DNA of 45,123 nt from an uncultured Bacilli bacterium (GTDB lineage Bacteria > Bacillota_I > Bacilli_A > RF39 > UBA660), in assembly GCA_910578745.1 (NCBI GenBank), contig CAJTSN010000004.1:1-45123 (forward strand). Reading direction: 5' to 3'. Shown in pieces: positions 18,261 through 29,643 of this stretch (its first letter is position 1; every line of letters starts with the position of its first letter). Made by a program: the position numbers and the translations under genes. The notes beneath the pieces were generated by a model that saw only the letters and a program-made list of their open reading frames with translations, was not told where the DNA came from and searched no databases.

Positions 18261-19025
18261 ATGGAAATGAAAGGAATCTTAGGTCGTAAAGGTGATATGA
18301 CTCAAGTATTTACAGAATCTGGTAAATTAATTCCTGTAACAATTATTGAAATTGAACCAAATGTGGTAACACAAATTAAGACAAAAGAAAATGATGGTTA
18401 CGAAGCAATTCAACTAGGTTTTGGTACAAAGAGAGAAAAGCTAGCGACAAAAGCTTCTAGTGGAATCACTAAGAAAGCAGGAACTACACCTAAGCGCTTC
18501 TTTAAAGAAATTAGAGGCGTTGATGTAGAAAAATTTGCTTTAGGGCAAGAAATCAATGCTGATATTTTTACAGCTGGTGAGGTTGTAGATGTAACAGGAA
18601 CAACAAAAGGAAAAGGTTTCCAAGGTGTTATTAAAAGACACAATCAATCAAGAGGACCTATGGGACATGGTTCACATTATCATAGAAGACCAGGTTCAAT
18701 GGGTACAATGAGACCAATGCGTGTTTTTAAAGGAAAAGCATTACCGGGGCATATGGGATGTGAAACAGTTACAATTCAAAATTTAGAAATTGTTAAAGTA
18801 GATGTTGAAAATGGATATATACTTGTTAAAGGGAATGTACCAGGACCTAAAAAAAGTCTTGTCATTATCAAAACGGCAGTTAAAAATCCAAATGTAATTA
18901 AAGAGGCAGAAGCTTTACAAAGTTATATTGTAACTGAGGAGGTAGAGGTTCCAGAGGCTGTAAATACAGAAGTAGAAGAGACGACAGAAGTGCAAACAGA
19001 AGAAACACAAGAGAAAGAAAACTAG
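18261..19025 (+). CDS. rplC: 50S ribosomal protein L3 with an acidic C-terminal extension
   Basis: [14 protein letters not shown] and operon order. Confidence 0.96.
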   Translation: MEMKGILGRKGDMTQVFTESGKLIPVTIIEIEPNVVTQIKTKENDGYEAIQLGFGTKREKLATKASSGITKKAGTTPKRFFKEIRGVDVEKFALGQEINADIFTAGEVVDVTGTTKGKGFQGVIKRHNQSRGPMGHGSHYHRRPGSMGTMRPMRVFKGKALPGHMGCETVTIQNLEIVKVDVENGYILVKGNVPGPKKSLVIIKTAVKNPNVIKEAEALQSYIVTEEVEVPEAVNTEVEETTEVQTEETQEKEN

Positions 19026-19037
19026 GAGGTAGTATCA

Positions 19038-19661
19038 ATGAAAAAATTGTCAGTTTTAAACCTTAAAGGTGAAAAAGTAAGTGATATTACTTTAAAAGAA
19101 GAAGTGTTTGGAATTACACCAAACGATGCTGTTTTATATGATGCTATTACATTAGCTAGAAATTCTATGCGACAAGGAACACATGATACAAAGACGCGTT
19201 CTGAAGTCAGTGGTGGAGGAAGAAAACCATGGAGACAAAAAGGAACTGGACGTGCTCGTCAAGGTAGTACACGTGCTCCACATTGGACTGGCGGTGGTGT
19301 TGTATTTGGACCGCATCCAAGAAGCTATGACAAAAAGCAAAATAGAAAAGAAAGACGTTTAGCATTACGCTCAGCATTATCATATAAAGTAATTGAAGAC
19401 GCTATGATTGTTGTTGAAAACTTCAATCTTGAAAGTGAAAAAACAAAAGATGCTGTAGAAATTTTAAACAATATTAAAGCAGAGAAGAAAATTATGATTG
19501 TTGTTGATGAATTAAATGAAAATACAGTTTTAGCAACACGTAATTTAAATAATGTTATTTTATTAACGGCTGATGAAATCAACGTATATGACATTATCAA
19601 TGCAAATAATATGGTTATTACAACAGCAGCTATTAAGAAAATAGAGGAGGTGCTTGTTTAA
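19038..19661 (+). CDS. rplD: 50S ribosomal protein L4
   Basis: Operon order and [19 protein letters not shown]. Confidence 0.96.
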   Translation: MKKLSVLNLKGEKVSDITLKEEVFGITPNDAVLYDAITLARNSMRQGTHDTKTRSEVSGGGRKPWRQKGTGRARQGSTRAPHWTGGGVVFGPHPRSYDKKQNRKERRLALRSALSYKVIEDAMIVVENFNLESEKTKDAVEILNNIKAEKKIMIVVDELNENTVLATRNLNNVILLTADEINVYDIINANNMVITTAAIKKIEEVLV

Positions 19662-19942
19662 TGAAAGAAAGTATGAGAAATGTTATCAAAGCACCAGTTA
19701 TTACAGAAAAAAGTGCAGCTTTAGCGGAAAAGAATGTGATTACATTTAAAGTGGACCCTAAAGCAAATAAAATTCAAATCAAACAAGCGGTAGAAAACTT
19801 ATTTAATGTAAAAGTAGAAAGCGTAAATACCATTAACGTAAAACCAAGAAAAAAAAGAGTAGGACGTTATGTAGGTAAAACAAATCGAGTAAAAAAAGCA
19901 ATTGTTAAATTAAAAGAAGGAAGTTCAATTGAACTTAATTAA
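19661..19942 (+). CDS. rplW: 50S ribosomal protein L23
   Basis: Operon order and [11 protein letters not shown]. Confidence 0.95.
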   Translation: MKESMRNVIKAPVITEKSAALAEKNVITFKVDPKANKIQIKQAVENLFNVKVESVNTINVKPRKKRVGRYVGKTNRVKKAIVKLKEGSSIELN

Positions 19943-19956
19943 TAGGAGGAAAATGT

Positions 19957-20790
19957 ATGGCTATTAAGAGTTATAAGTCAACTACTAATGGTAGACGTGG
20001 AATGACTACCTTAGCAAATGAGGAAATTACAAAATCGACTCCAGAAAAATCATTAGTTGTCACTTTGAAAAAAAATGGTGGAAGAAATAATCAAGGTAGA
20101 ATAACAGTTAGACATCGTGGCGGTGGAGCTAAGAGAAAATATCGTATTATTGATTTCAAAAGAGATAAAGATGGTGTAATTGGAACAGTTACATCCATTG
20201 AATATGATCCAAATAGAAGTGCGAATATTGCTTTAATTACTTATGCAGATGGAGAAAAAAGATATATTCTTGCTCCAAAAAACTTAAAAGTAGGAATGAC
20301 TATAGAAAGTGGAGAAAATGCGGATATTAAAGTTGGAAATGCGCTTCCACTTGCAAACATTCCAGAAGGTACAATGGTACACAATGTTGAATTGAAAGCT
20401 GGAAAAGGAGGCCAAATGGCTCGTTCCGCTGGATCTTCTGTTCAAATTCTTGGACGTGAAGGAAGATATACATTGCTTCGTTTAACAAGCGGTGAAGTTC
20501 GTAAAGTTCTAAGCACCTGTAGAGCTACAGTTGGAGAAGTTGGAAATGCGGATCATGAACTTGTAAATTATGGAAAAGCAGGTCGTAAAAGACACATGGG
20601 TATAAGACCAACAGTTCGTGGTTCTGTAATGAACCCTAATGATCACCCACATGGTGGAGGTGAAGGTCGTGCGCCAATTGGACGTAAGGGCCCAGTTACT
20701 CCTTGGGGAAAACCAGCGCTTGGACATAAAACACGTAAGAACAAATTAAGTTCAAATAAGCTTATTGTTCGTCGTCGTAATACAAAGTAG
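19957..20790 (+). CDS. rplB: 50S ribosomal protein L2
   Basis: [14 protein letters not shown] motif. Confidence 0.97.
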   Translation: MAIKSYKSTTNGRRGMTTLANEEITKSTPEKSLVVTLKKNGGRNNQGRITVRHRGGGAKRKYRIIDFKRDKDGVIGTVTSIEYDPNRSANIALITYADGEKRYILAPKNLKVGMTIESGENADIKVGNALPLANIPEGTMVHNVELKAGKGGQMARSAGSSVQILGREGRYTLLRLTSGEVRKVLSTCRATVGEVGNADHELVNYGKAGRKRHMGIRPTVRGSVMNPNDHPHGGGEGRAPIGRKGPVTPWGKPALGHKTRKNKLSSNKLIVRRRNTK

Positions 20791-20806
20791 GGAAAGGATG
20801 ATTTAA

Positions 20807-21079
20807 ATGGCAAGGAGTCTAAAAAAAGGACCTTTCGTTGATGAACATTTAATGAAAAAGGTCGAAAAAGTAATTGAGTCAGGAAAAAAAGAAGTAATTA
20901 AGACTTGGTCTCGTCGCTCTACAATTTTTCCTAATTTTGTTGGACTTACATTTTCAGTTCATAATGGGAAAGAAAGTATTCCTGTTTATGTAACAGAAGA
21001 TATGGTTGGACATAAATTAGGTGAATTTGCGCTTACTCGCAAATTTGGTGGACATGGCGATGACAAAGGAAAAAAATAG
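20807..21079 (+). CDS. rpsS: 30S ribosomal protein S19
   Basis: [15 protein letters not shown]. Confidence 0.97.
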   Translation: MARSLKKGPFVDEHLMKKVEKVIESGKKEVIKTWSRRSTIFPNFVGLTFSVHNGKESIPVYVTEDMVGHKLGEFALTRKFGGHGDDKGKK

Positions 21080-21097
21080 ACTAGAAGGAGGATTTAA

Positions 21098-21433
21098 ATG
21101 GAAGCAAGAGCAATTGCAAAAGGCGTTCGAATCGCTCCTCGTAAAACTCGTCTAGTGATAGATTTAGTACGTGGAAAGAGCGTTAGCGAAGCAGATAAAA
21201 TTTTAAGTAATCTAAATAAAGAAGCTGCAAGAGTAATTAAAAAAGTTTTGACTTCAGCAGTAGCAAATGCAGAAAACAATTTAGGATTGAATAAAGAAAA
21301 TCTATATGTAAGTGAAGCTTATGTAAATGAAGGTCAAACAATGAAAAGATTTAAGTTTGGATCACGTGGTCATATTGATCCAATCAAAAGAAGAACAAGT
21401 CATATAACAATCGTTGTTAGTGACAATATGTAA
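21098..21433 (+). CDS. rplV: 50S ribosomal protein L22
   Basis: Operon order and [17 protein letters not shown]. Confidence 0.96.
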   Translation: MEARAIAKGVRIAPRKTRLVIDLVRGKSVSEADKILSNLNKEAARVIKKVLTSAVANAENNLGLNKENLYVSEAYVNEGQTMKRFKFGSRGHIDPIKRRTSHITIVVSDNM

Positions 21434-21446
21434 GGAGGAAAATAGC

Positions 21447-22124
21447 GTGGGTCAAAAGGTAAGTCCTATCGGTTTAAGAATTGGAATCAATAAAACATGG
21501 CAATCAACTTGGTATGCTGGAAATAAGGATTTTGCAAAATTCTTAAACAATGATGTTCAAATAAGAAACTATTTGGAAAAAAAATTAAAAGATGCCGCTG
21601 TTTCTAGTGTTCTAATTGAAAGAACGAAAGAAAAAACTGATGTAATTATCAATTCTGCAAAACCCGGTGTAATTATTGGACATGGTGGAGAAGAAATTGA
21701 AAAATTAAAGAAAGCACTTTCTAAATTAGTAAATGAAAATGTTCAAATTTCAATCAAAGAAGTTAAGAAACCAGATATTGATGCAGCGCTTGTTGCTGAA
21801 AATATAGCGCATCAAATTGAAAATCGTGTGTCATTTAGAATTGCCCAAAAAAGAGCGATTCGAAATGCAATGAAAGCAGGGGCAAAAGGAATTAAAACTT
21901 CTGTTTCAGGACGTTTAGGTGGCGCTGATATGGCAAGAGAAGAAGGATATGTGGAAGGAAATGTTCCATTACATACATTAAGAGCCGATGTTGATTATGC
22001 TCATAAAGAAGCAGATACTACTTATGGAAAAATCGGTGTAAAAGTATGGATTTATAAAGGAGAAATCCTAGCCTCAAAAAATAAAGGAGGTAATGAAAAT
22101 GGCAGTAATACCAAAGAGAACTAA
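21447..22124 (+). CDS. rpsC: 30S ribosomal protein S3
   Basis: GTG start giving [13 protein letters not shown], with a GGAGG SD at 21434. Confidence 0.96.
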   Translation: MGQKVSPIGLRIGINKTWQSTWYAGNKDFAKFLNNDVQIRNYLEKKLKDAAVSSVLIERTKEKTDVIINSAKPGVIIGHGGEEIEKLKKALSKLVNENVQISIKEVKKPDIDAALVAENIAHQIENRVSFRIAQKRAIRNAMKAGAKGIKTSVSGRLGGADMAREEGYVEGNVPLHTLRADVDYAHKEADTTYGKIGVKVWIYKGEILASKNKGGNENGSNTKEN

Positions 22125-22518
22125 ATATCGTAGACCACATCGTTTACGTTATGATGGAAAAGCCAAAGGAAATACAGAACTTCACTTTGGTGAATATGGC
22201 CTTCAAGCATTAGAAGGTGCTTGGATTACACAAAACCAGATTGAAGCAGCCCGTGTTGCGATGACTCGTTATATGAAACGTGGTGGTAAGGTATATCGTA
22301 ATATTTTCCCACATTTATCATTGACGAAAATCCCTCTAGAAACTCGTATGGGTAAAGGTAAAGGTCAACCAGAAATGTGGGTTGCTGTAGTAAAAGAAGG
22401 AAAAATTATGTTTGAAATTGGAGGCGTTAGTGAAGAAATTGCTCGTGAAGCATTAAGACTTGCTAGTCATAAACTTCCAATCAGATGTAAATTTGTTACG
22501 AAGGAAAGTGGTGAATAA
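22099..22518 (+). CDS. rplP: 50S ribosomal protein L16
   Basis: [14 protein letters not shown] 22099 has better SD spacing than 22093. Confidence 0.95.
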   Translation: MAVIPKRTKYRRPHRLRYDGKAKGNTELHFGEYGLQALEGAWITQNQIEAARVAMTRYMKRGGKVYRNIFPHLSLTKIPLETRMGKGKGQPEMWVAVVKEGKIMFEIGGVSEEIAREALRLASHKLPIRCKFVTKESGE

Positions 22519-22520
22519 AC

Positions 22521-22724
22521 GTGAAAATGAAAGAAATTAGAGAATTATCTAGCGAAGAAATCGTGAAAAAAATTGATGAATATGGCGAGGAGTTATTCAA
22601 TTTACGTTTAAGTCAAGCTACTGGAAATTTAGAAAAACCTTCTAGAATTAGAGAACTAAGAAAATTAGTAGCACGTATGAAAACCGTGTTAAAAGAACGT
22701 GAACTAAATGGGGAGGCAAACTAA
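22521..22724 (+). CDS. rpmC: 50S ribosomal protein L29
   Basis: Operon order and [11 protein letters not shown]. The start is either GTG 22521 or ATG 22527. Confidence 0.93.
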   Translation: MKMKEIRELSSEEIVKKIDEYGEELFNLRLSQATGNLEKPSRIRELRKLVARMKTVLKERELNGEAN

Positions 22725-22984
22725 TGGAAAAAACGGCAAAACGTGAATTAGTGGGAAAAGTTATAAGTGATAAGTCAGACAAGACAATTACTGTTTTAGT
22801 TGAAACTTATAAAAAAGATCCACTATATGGGAAACGTGTAAAATACTCAAAAAAATATGCTGCTCATGATGAAAAAAATGAAGCTAAAATTGGAGATATT
22901 GTTCGTATTGTTGAAACGAGACCATTATCTAAACGTAAGAATTTCCGTTTAGTAGAAATCGTAGAGAAAGCAATTATCTTATAA
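22724..22984 (+). CDS. rpsQ: 30S ribosomal protein S17
   Basis: Operon order and [17 protein letters not shown]. Confidence 0.95.
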   Translation: MEKTAKRELVGKVISDKSDKTITVLVETYKKDPLYGKRVKYSKKYAAHDEKNEAKIGDIVRIVETRPLSKRKNFRLVEIVEKAIIL

Positions 22985-23003
22985 CTAAAAAGGAGGATTC
23001 TAT

Positions 23004-23372
23004 ATGATTCAACAGGAAAGCCGTCTTAAAGTTGCTGATAATTCTGGAGCACGTGAAGTATCTGTTATTCGTGTTTTAGGAGGAAGTACTAGAAGATATG
23101 GCAATATTGGTGATATAGTAGTTGTCACTGTAAAAAAAGCAATGCCTAATGGAACAGTAGCAAAAGGAAAAGTTTGTAAAGCTGTTATTGTTAGAAGCAA
23201 ACGTGGTCTTAGAAGAGATGACGGCTCTTATATTCGTTTTGATGATAATGCTTGTGTTATCATTAAAGAGGATAAGAGTCCTGTAGGAACTCGTGTATTT
23301 GGACCAGTAGCACGTGAATTACGTGAAAAAGATTTTATGAAGATTGTATCACTTGCAAAAGAAGTGTTATAA
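23004..23372 (+). CDS. rplN: 50S ribosomal protein L14
   Basis: [19 protein letters not shown]. Confidence 0.97.
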   Translation: MIQQESRLKVADNSGAREVSVIRVLGGSTRRYGNIGDIVVVTVKKAMPNGTVAKGKVCKAVIVRSKRGLRRDDGSYIRFDDNACVIIKEDKSPVGTRVFGPVARELREKDFMKIVSLAKEVL

Positions 23373-23390
23373 ACCTTGAGGAGGGAAAAC

Positions 23391-23699
23391 ATGAACTTTA
23401 AAAAAGGAGATAAAGTTGTTGTTATTTCTGGTAAGGATAAAGGAAAAGAAGGAAAAGTAACAAAAGTTTTACGTACAAAAAGTAAAGTTGTTGTAGAAGG
23501 TGTCAACATTGTTAAAAAGCATATGAAACCAAATGGACAAACAACAGGGAGTATTGTAGAAATGGAAGCTGCGATTGATGCTTCAAATGTTATGATGATC
23601 GATCCTAAGACAAAAACAAGAACTAGAATTGGACATACAACAGATAAAAATGGTAAAAAAGTAAGAATCGCTAAAAAATCAGGCGAAATTCTTGATTAG
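23391..23699 (+). CDS. rplX: 50S ribosomal protein L24
   Basis: [24 protein letters not shown] 23391 follows a GAGGAGGG SD. Confidence 0.95.
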   Translation: MNFKKGDKVVVISGKDKGKEGKVTKVLRTKSKVVVEGVNIVKKHMKPNGQTTGSIVEMEAAIDASNVMMIDPKTKTRTRIGHTTDKNGKKVRIAKKSGEILD

Positions 23700-23717
23700 T
23701 TGGAAGGAGGGTAAACT

Positions 23718-24257
23718 ATGAACCGCCTAAAAGAAATGTATAATAAAACAATCGTACCTAGTTTAAAAGAAGAGTTCCAATATTCTAACATAATGGAAGT
23801 GCCTAAGTTAGATAAAATCGTTATCAATATGGGAGTAGGAGATGCTGCAGGAAATTCGAAAATGTTAGAAGCAGCTATGGCAGACCTTGAGCTTATTTCT
23901 GGACAAAAACCAGTTCCTACAAAAGCGAAAAAGGCAATTGCAGGATTTAAAATTCGTGAAGGGCAAGCAATTGGATGTAAAGTAACTCTACGTGGAGAAA
24001 ATATGTATAATTTTTTAGATAAGTTGATTTCAATTACAATCCCACGTGTAAGAGATTTTAGAGGAATTTCTCCAAAAGCATTTGATGGACGTGGAAATTA
24101 TACACTAGGCCTTAATGAACAATTAATATTTTCGGAAATAGAATTTGATAACGTTGTAAAAGTGCGTGGTATGGATATTATATTTGTTACTACAGCAAAA
24201 ACAAATGAAGAAGCTTTGGCTCTTTTAAAAGGGTTTGGAATGCCTTTTAAGAAGTAA
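23718..24257 (+). CDS. rplE: 50S ribosomal protein L5
   Basis: [20 protein letters not shown]. Confidence 0.96.
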   Translation: MNRLKEMYNKTIVPSLKEEFQYSNIMEVPKLDKIVINMGVGDAAGNSKMLEAAMADLELISGQKPVPTKAKKAIAGFKIREGQAIGCKVTLRGENMYNFLDKLISITIPRVRDFRGISPKAFDGRGNYTLGLNEQLIFSEIEFDNVVKVRGMDIIFVTTAKTNEEALALLKGFGMPFKK

Positions 24258-24272
24258 CGATTAGGAGGAATT

Positions 24273-24458
24273 ATGGCTAAGAAAAGTATGAAAATTAAAG
24301 CTAGTAAAACGCCAAAATTTAAAGTACGTGCATATACAAGATGCAACCGTTGTGGTAGACCACATGCTGTACTTAAAAAATACGGGATATGCCGTATATG
24401 TTTCCGCGAACTAGCTTATAAAGGACAAATACCTGGAATGAAAAAATCTAGTTGGTAA
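24273..24458 (+). CDS. rpsN: 30S ribosomal protein S14, zinc-binding type Z (61 aa)
   Basis: [25 protein letters not shown] with two CxxC pairs. Confidence 0.96.
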   Translation: MAKKSMKIKASKTPKFKVRAYTRCNRCGRPHAVLKKYGICRICFRELAYKGQIPGMKKSSW

Positions 24459-24474
24459 GAAGGAGGGATTTATA

Positions 24475-24873
24475 ATGAGTGTGTCAGATCCAATTGCAGA
24501 TATGCTTACAAGAATTCGTAATGCAAATCAGATGAGATATAAAGAAGTTGAAGTTCCAACTTCAACAATAAAAGAACAAATCGCTCGTATATTAAAAGAA
24601 GAAGGATTTATAAGTGGATATAAAATTAAAAAGAACAATATCCAAAATATAATTGTCTTAGATTTAAAATACGGTGATAACAAGGAACGTGTTATTACTG
24701 GTTTAAAGAGAATTTCAAAACCAGGTTTACGTGTTTATGCAAAAGCGAATGAACTTCCAAAAGTATTGAATGGACTTGGAATTGCAATCGTGTCAACTTC
24801 TAAAGGAATTATGACAGATAAAAAAGCAAGAGAAGCTTCATTGGGTGGAGAAGTTTTAGCTTATATTTGGTAG
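24475..24873 (+). CDS. rpsH: 30S ribosomal protein S8
   Basis: [14 protein letters not shown]. Confidence 0.97.
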   Translation: MSVSDPIADMLTRIRNANQMRYKEVEVPTSTIKEQIARILKEEGFISGYKIKKNNIQNIIVLDLKYGDNKERVITGLKRISKPGLRVYAKANELPKVLNGLGIAIVSTSKGIMTDKKAREASLGGEVLAYIW

Positions 24874-24892
24874 AAAGGTAAGGAGGATTTTT

Positions 24893-25423
24893 ATGAGTCG
24901 TATTGGTAATAGGGTACTTACAATACCAGATAATGTTACTATTTCAACAGAAGACAACGTTGTTACAGTAAAAGGTCCTAAGGGAGAACTTTCTACAAAA
25001 ATCAACGAAGGAATTGCAGTGCATGTTGAAGAAAACAAACTTACTTTAACTCGTGCGAATGAAAATTTAAAAAAATTTCATGGAACAGCAAATAGTAATA
25101 TTGAAAATATGATTATTGGTGTAACGGAAGGTTATACAAAAAAACTAGAGATTGTTGGTGTTGGATATCGTTTTAATGCTACGGGAAAGAAACTTACTGT
25201 AAATGCAGGATTTTCTCATTCAGTAGAAGTTGAAGTTCCAGAAGGTCTTTCTATTGAATGTCCAAGTAATACAGAACTTATTATTCAAGGAATCGACAAA
25301 TGTCTTGTTGGTGAATTTGCTGCAAATATTAGAAAAATTAGAAAACCTGAGCCATATAAAGGAAAAGGTGTTCGTTATTCTGGTGAATTTATTCGCCGTA
25401 AAGAAGGAAAGAAAGCAGCATAA
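24893..25423 (+). CDS. rplF: 50S ribosomal protein L6
   Basis: MSRIGNRVLTIPDNV. Confidence 0.96.
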   Translation: MSRIGNRVLTIPDNVTISTEDNVVTVKGPKGELSTKINEGIAVHVEENKLTLTRANENLKKFHGTANSNIENMIIGVTEGYTKKLEIVGVGYRFNATGKKLTVNAGFSHSVEVEVPEGLSIECPSNTELIIQGIDKCLVGEFAANIRKIRKPEPYKGKGVRYSGEFIRRKEGKKAA

Positions 25424-25448
25424 TTTTTAGTAAAGGAGAGAAATACTT

Positions 25449-25811
25449 ATGATAAAAAAAGTAGCTCGTAATGAAGTACGTAAAGCTAGACATGAACGTG
25501 TTAGAGATAAAGTATCAGGAACAACTGAATCTCCAAGATTAAATGTGTTTAGATCAAACGGAAATATCTTTGCTCAAATTATTGATGATGAGAATGGAGT
25601 AACTTTATGTTCTGCTTCTTCTATCGATAAAGAATTAAAACTTACAAATGGTGGAAATATAGAAGCGGCTACCAAAGTAGGAGAATTAATTGCAAAAAGA
25701 GCAAAGAAAGCAAAAATTGAAACAGTCATTTTTGATAGAGGTGGATACCTATATCATGGTCGTGTAAAAGCTTTAGCAGAAGCAGCACGTGAAAATGGAT
25801 TAAAATTCTAA
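25449..25811 (+). CDS. rplR: 50S ribosomal protein L18
   Basis: Operon order and [26 protein letters not shown]. Confidence 0.96.
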   Translation: MIKKVARNEVRKARHERVRDKVSGTTESPRLNVFRSNGNIFAQIIDDENGVTLCSASSIDKELKLTNGGNIEAATKVGELIAKRAKKAKIETVIFDRGGYLYHGRVKALAEAARENGLKF

Positions 25812-25822
25812 GGAGGGTAACA

Positions 25823-26335
25823 ATGGAAGAGAGAAAAAGAGAACCACGTCCAAAGAAAGTTAAATTATACGATGACGAAGTTATCAGTCTTAGTCGTGTT
25901 ACAAAAGTAACAAAAGGTGGTCGTCATTTCCGTTTTTCTGCGACAGTTGTTGTAGGGGATAGAAAAGGAAAAGTTGGTATTGGAACTGGTAAAGCAAATG
26001 AAACACAAGATGCAATCAAAAAAGCACTTGAAGCTGCTCAAAAGAATGTGGTTCGTGTTTCATTATTAGATGAGAGAACAATTCCACATGATGCAATTGG
26101 CGTACAAGGAGCAAGCCGAGTTATTTTAAAACCTGCTTGTGAAGGTACAGGAATTAAAGCTGGTGGACCTGTTCGTAGCGTATTAGAACTCGCTGGTGTG
26201 AAAGACATCATTTCAAAGTCACTTGGGTCTAATACAAAAATTAATATGGCTTATGCTACATTAAAAGCATTAAAGGCACAGAGAACAAAAGAAGAAGTAG
26301 CTCTACTACGTGGAAAGAAAGTTGAGGAGATCTAG
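25823..26335 (+). CDS. rpsE: 30S ribosomal protein S5
   Basis: [21 protein letters not shown]. Confidence 0.96.
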   Translation: MEERKREPRPKKVKLYDDEVISLSRVTKVTKGGRHFRFSATVVVGDRKGKVGIGTGKANETQDAIKKALEAAQKNVVRVSLLDERTIPHDAIGVQGASRVILKPACEGTGIKAGGPVRSVLELAGVKDIISKSLGSNTKINMAYATLKALKAQRTKEEVALLRGKKVEEI

Positions 26336-26336
26336 T

Positions 26337-26780
26337 ATGAAGTTAAATACAATGAGTCCAAACTTAGGTGCTACAAAGATTCGTAAGCGAGTTGGTCGTG
26401 GTGTTGGTTCTGGTACTGGAAAAACTTCTGGTGCTGGAGAAAAGGGACAAAATGCTAGAAGTGGTGGCGGAGTACATCTATGGTTTGAAGGTGGGCAGAC
26501 ACCATTATATAGAAGAATTGGAAAACGTGGTTTTTCGAATGCTTTATTCAAAAAAGAATATGCTGTACTTAATTTAAGTGATTTAAATAAATTTGAAGAA
26601 GGAACAGAGGTAACACCAAAACTTCTTAAAGAAATGGGAGTTTTAAAGAAACAATTAAGTGGTGTAAAAGTACTTGGGAATGGGAAATTAGAGAAAAAAT
26701 TAGTTGTTAAAGCAAATCAATTTTCAAAAACTGCTAAAGAAGAAATTGAAAAATTAGGTGGAAAAGCCGAGGTGATTTAA
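26337..26780 (+). CDS. rplO: 50S ribosomal protein L15
   Basis: [32 protein letters not shown]. The ATG lies 1 nt after the rpsE stop. Confidence 0.95.
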   Translation: MKLNTMSPNLGATKIRKRVGRGVGSGTGKTSGAGEKGQNARSGGGVHLWFEGGQTPLYRRIGKRGFSNALFKKEYAVLNLSDLNKFEEGTEVTPKLLKEMGVLKKQLSGVKVLGNGKLEKKLVVKANQFSKTAKEEIEKLGGKAEVI

Positions 26781-26781
26781 A

Positions 26782-28062
26782 ATGTTTGCCAAATGTAAGC
26801 AAATATTTAATCCCGAAAATAAAGATTTAAGAAAAAGAATTTATTTTACTTTTCTTGTTTTGTTCATTTTTAAATTAGGTACAACGATTATTGTTCCAGG
26901 AATTGATAAAGACGCACTAGGAACAAATAGTTTGGGATTTTTGGAATTACTCAATGTAATGGGGGGAGGAGCTTTAGAGCAATTTTCTATTTTTGCTTTA
27001 GGTGTATCTCCATATATTAGTGCTTCCATTATCGTATCTTTATTACAGATGGACATTATTCCCTATTTCTCAGAACTTGGAAAACAGGGACAAACAGGAA
27101 GAACAAAATTGAATCAAATAACAAGGTATTTAGGAATTATACTAGCCTTTATTCAAGGTTATATCTATTCTTTTACGTTTATTCAAGGCGGAACTGTTAT
27201 TGAGTATATGACATATGCTTTAATTCTAACAGCGGGAACAGCATTAGTTTTATGGATGGCTGATCAAATAACACAAAAGGGAATTGGAAATGGAACCTCT
27301 ATGATTATCATGGCTGGTATTATTGCAACACTTCCTAATATGTTTTTCTCTTTATGGAATGAATTGGTTGTGACAACAACAATGCAAACCACATTCCTAG
27401 GTGTATCCAAATTCTTGCTATTTGTTTTGTTATATATTGCAATCTTAGTTGGAATTGTTTTCATCGAAACGAGTGAGAGAAGAATTCCTATTCAATATGC
27501 AAACAAATCAGCAACGGTTTATGGAAAAGGAAAAAGCTATATTCCATTTAAGTTAAATTCAGCAAGTGTTATGCCTGTCATTTTCGCATCAATCCTTCTT
27601 TCTATCCCAACAATTATTGCTAAGGTGGCAAAGAATGATGCAATGACATTATTTATTAATAAGTGGCTTACAACATCAACAGTAACAGGATTTATTATTT
27701 ATATTGTTGCCATTTTCATTTTCGCATATTTTTATACATTCTTACAGATGAAGCCAAAAGAGTTATCCGAAAATTTAAATAAGAATGGTGGATTTATTCC
27801 CGGTATAAGACCCGGAGATGAAACAGAAAGTTATATTAAGAAAATTTTAAAGAGAATTACAACGATAGGGGCTTTATCTTTAGCTTTTATTGCAGGTATT
27901 CCAATTATATTTGGGTCTGTTTCTAACCTTTCAACAAGTGTTAGTATTGGTGGAACAGGACTTCTTATTGTTGTTGGAGTTGCTCTTGAAACCTATAAAC
28001 AGTTAGAAAGTGAATTAGTAACAAAGAATTACCAAACAAGAAGACGAGGCCGAAGAAGATAA
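26782..28062 (+). CDS. secY: Preprotein translocase subunit SecY
   Basis: Ten TM helices, 426 aa, conserved position after rplO. Confidence 0.96.
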   Translation: MFAKCKQIFNPENKDLRKRIYFTFLVLFIFKLGTTIIVPGIDKDALGTNSLGFLELLNVMGGGALEQFSIFALGVSPYISASIIVSLLQMDIIPYFSELGKQGQTGRTKLNQITRYLGIILAFIQGYIYSFTFIQGGTVIEYMTYALILTAGTALVLWMADQITQKGIGNGTSMIIMAGIIATLPNMFFSLWNELVVTTTMQTTFLGVSKFLLFVLLYIAILVGIVFIETSERRIPIQYANKSATVYGKGKSYIPFKLNSASVMPVIFASILLSIPTIIAKVAKNDAMTLFINKWLTTSTVTGFIIYIVAIFIFAYFYTFLQMKPKELSENLNKNGGFIPGIRPGDETESYIKKILKRITTIGALSLAFIAGIPIIFGSVSNLSTSVSIGGTGLLIVVGVALETYKQLESELVTKNYQTRRRGRRR

Positions 28063-28703
28063 TGAATATTATTTTACTCGCCCCTCCTGCGGCTGGGAAA
28101 GGAACTCAAGCACAGTTCCTTGTATCTAAATATCATATGAAACATATTTCTACAGGAGAGCTTTTGCGCAAATCCTTGAAACAGGATGATGAAATTTCGA
28201 AAGAAATAAAAGAAAGAATGAACGCTGGAAGATTAGTGAGTGATGAAATCATTTTAGATCTAATTGCAAAAGAAATAGAAACTGCAAAAGAAGGCGTTGT
28301 TCTTGATGGATTTCCAAGAAATAGAGTACAGGCAATTGAATATGAACAGTTGCTTCAAAAGTTAGGACAAAAACTTGATGTTGTTTTATATCTTTCTATT
28401 TCTAAGGAAGTAGCAAAGAAAAGAATGAAAGGTAGAAGAACTTGTCCAACTTGTGGAAAAATCTACAATATGCACATGGAAGAAATGCTAGAAGAACTCT
28501 GTGGAAGTTGTCATACTTCATTAGTTAGTCGAGAAGATGATAATGAAGAAACATTTGATTTACGGTATGAAACCTATATGCGGGAGACAGATCCACTAAT
28601 TTCTTTTTATCAGGAAAAAGGTTTATTAAAACAGATTGATGCTTCTAAAGAAAAAGAAGAAGTATTTAAGAAAATAGAGCAAATTTTAAGTACGCTTTCG
28701 TAA
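28062..28703 (+). CDS. adk: Adenylate kinase with a zinc lid
   Basis: [15 protein letters not shown]-loop, with a CPTCG...CGSC lid. Confidence 0.95.
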   Translation: MNIILLAPPAAGKGTQAQFLVSKYHMKHISTGELLRKSLKQDDEISKEIKERMNAGRLVSDEIILDLIAKEIETAKEGVVLDGFPRNRVQAIEYEQLLQKLGQKLDVVLYLSISKEVAKKRMKGRRTCPTCGKIYNMHMEEMLEELCGSCHTSLVSREDDNEETFDLRYETYMRETDPLISFYQEKGLLKQIDASKEKEEVFKKIEQILSTLS

Positions 28704-28744
28704 GGGCAACCAGCGTGGGAAAACTTAGGCCAAGAGGTGATAAA

Positions 28745-29011
28745 ATGGCGAAGAAGCCAATAAATAAAAAAAAGGTAGAAGTTGAAAATAAAATCGATAA
28801 GGGAACTGCGATTTCTGTAGAAGGAAAAGTAGTAGAAGTTCTGCCAGGAACGCAATTTCGGGTAGAACTAGAAAATAAGCATGTTGTGATTGCTCATTTA
28901 TCAGGAAAACTTCGAATGAATAATATTCGCGTTCTACCAGGAGATACAGTCACTTTGGAATTATCAGAGTATGATTTAACAAAAGGACGTATCACATGGA
29001 GAAAAATGTAA
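28745..29011 (+). CDS. infA: Translation initiation factor IF-1 with an extra N-terminal segment of about 16 aa
   Basis: [46 protein letters not shown] 28745 follows an AGAGGTGA SD. Confidence 0.93.
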   Translation: MAKKPINKKKVEVENKIDKGTAISVEGKVVEVLPGTQFRVELENKHVVIAHLSGKLRMNNIRVLPGDTVTLELSEYDLTKGRITWRKM

Positions 29012-29100
29012 ATGTAAGACCCACATTTCTGTTCAAATCGGACTAAGGGATTGGTTTCATTTTAACAGGTGAACATTTACATGAGACAAATATGTGGGTT
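29006..29100 (+). promoter_or_regulatory. Structured infA-rpmJ spacer (two interleaved complementary pairs)
   Basis: ATGTAAATGT (29006-29015) is complementary to ACATTTACAT (29073-29082). GACCCACAT (29018-29026) is complementary to ATGTGGGTT (29092-29100). Confidence 0.3.
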
Positions 29101-29124
29101 ACCTATCGAAATAGGAGGGAAAGT

Positions 29125-29238
29125 ATGAAAGTAAGATCATCGATTAAACCAATTTGTAAAAATTGTAAAGTTGTTAAACGTAATGGGAAGCTTAGAATTA
29201 TTTGTACAGATCCTAAGCATAAACAAAGACAAGGGTAA
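29125..29238 (+). CDS. rpmJ: 50S ribosomal protein L36 (37 aa, absent from the ORF track)
   Basis: My translation is [37 protein letters not shown], with a GGAGGG SD upstream. Confidence 0.95.
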   Translation: MKVRSSIKPICKNCKVVKRNGKLRIICTDPKHKQRQG

Positions 29239-29249
29239 GGAGGTACTTT

Positions 29250-29615
29250 ATGGCACGTATAAAAGGTGTGGATATACCAAATAATAAAAGAATTGAAATC
29301 GCACTTACTTATATTTATGGTATTGGTAGAAGTTTGTCAAACCAAATTTTAAGAGATGCGAATATCGATGTAAATAAAAGAGCTGGTCAGTTAGACAATG
29401 ACGAACTAGGTCGAATTCGTGATGAAGTAGAAAAATATACGATTGAAGGAGACTTAAGAAGAGAAATCACCATGAATATCAAGACAAAAATGGAGATTAA
29501 TTCTTATGAGGGAACTCGTCATAAAAAAGGATTACCAGTTCGTGGACAAAGAACCAATCGAAATGCTAGAACACGTAAAGGTAAAGGAAAAACAATTGCT
29601 AATAAGAAAAAATAG
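29250..29615 (+). CDS. rpsM: 30S ribosomal protein S13
   Basis: [26 protein letters not shown]. Confidence 0.97.
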   Translation: MARIKGVDIPNNKRIEIALTYIYGIGRSLSNQILRDANIDVNKRAGQLDNDELGRIRDEVEKYTIEGDLRREITMNIKTKMEINSYEGTRHKKGLPVRGQRTNRNARTRKGKGKTIANKKK

Positions 29616-29643
29616 TAATTCATAAAAAAGGAGGTTATATAGT

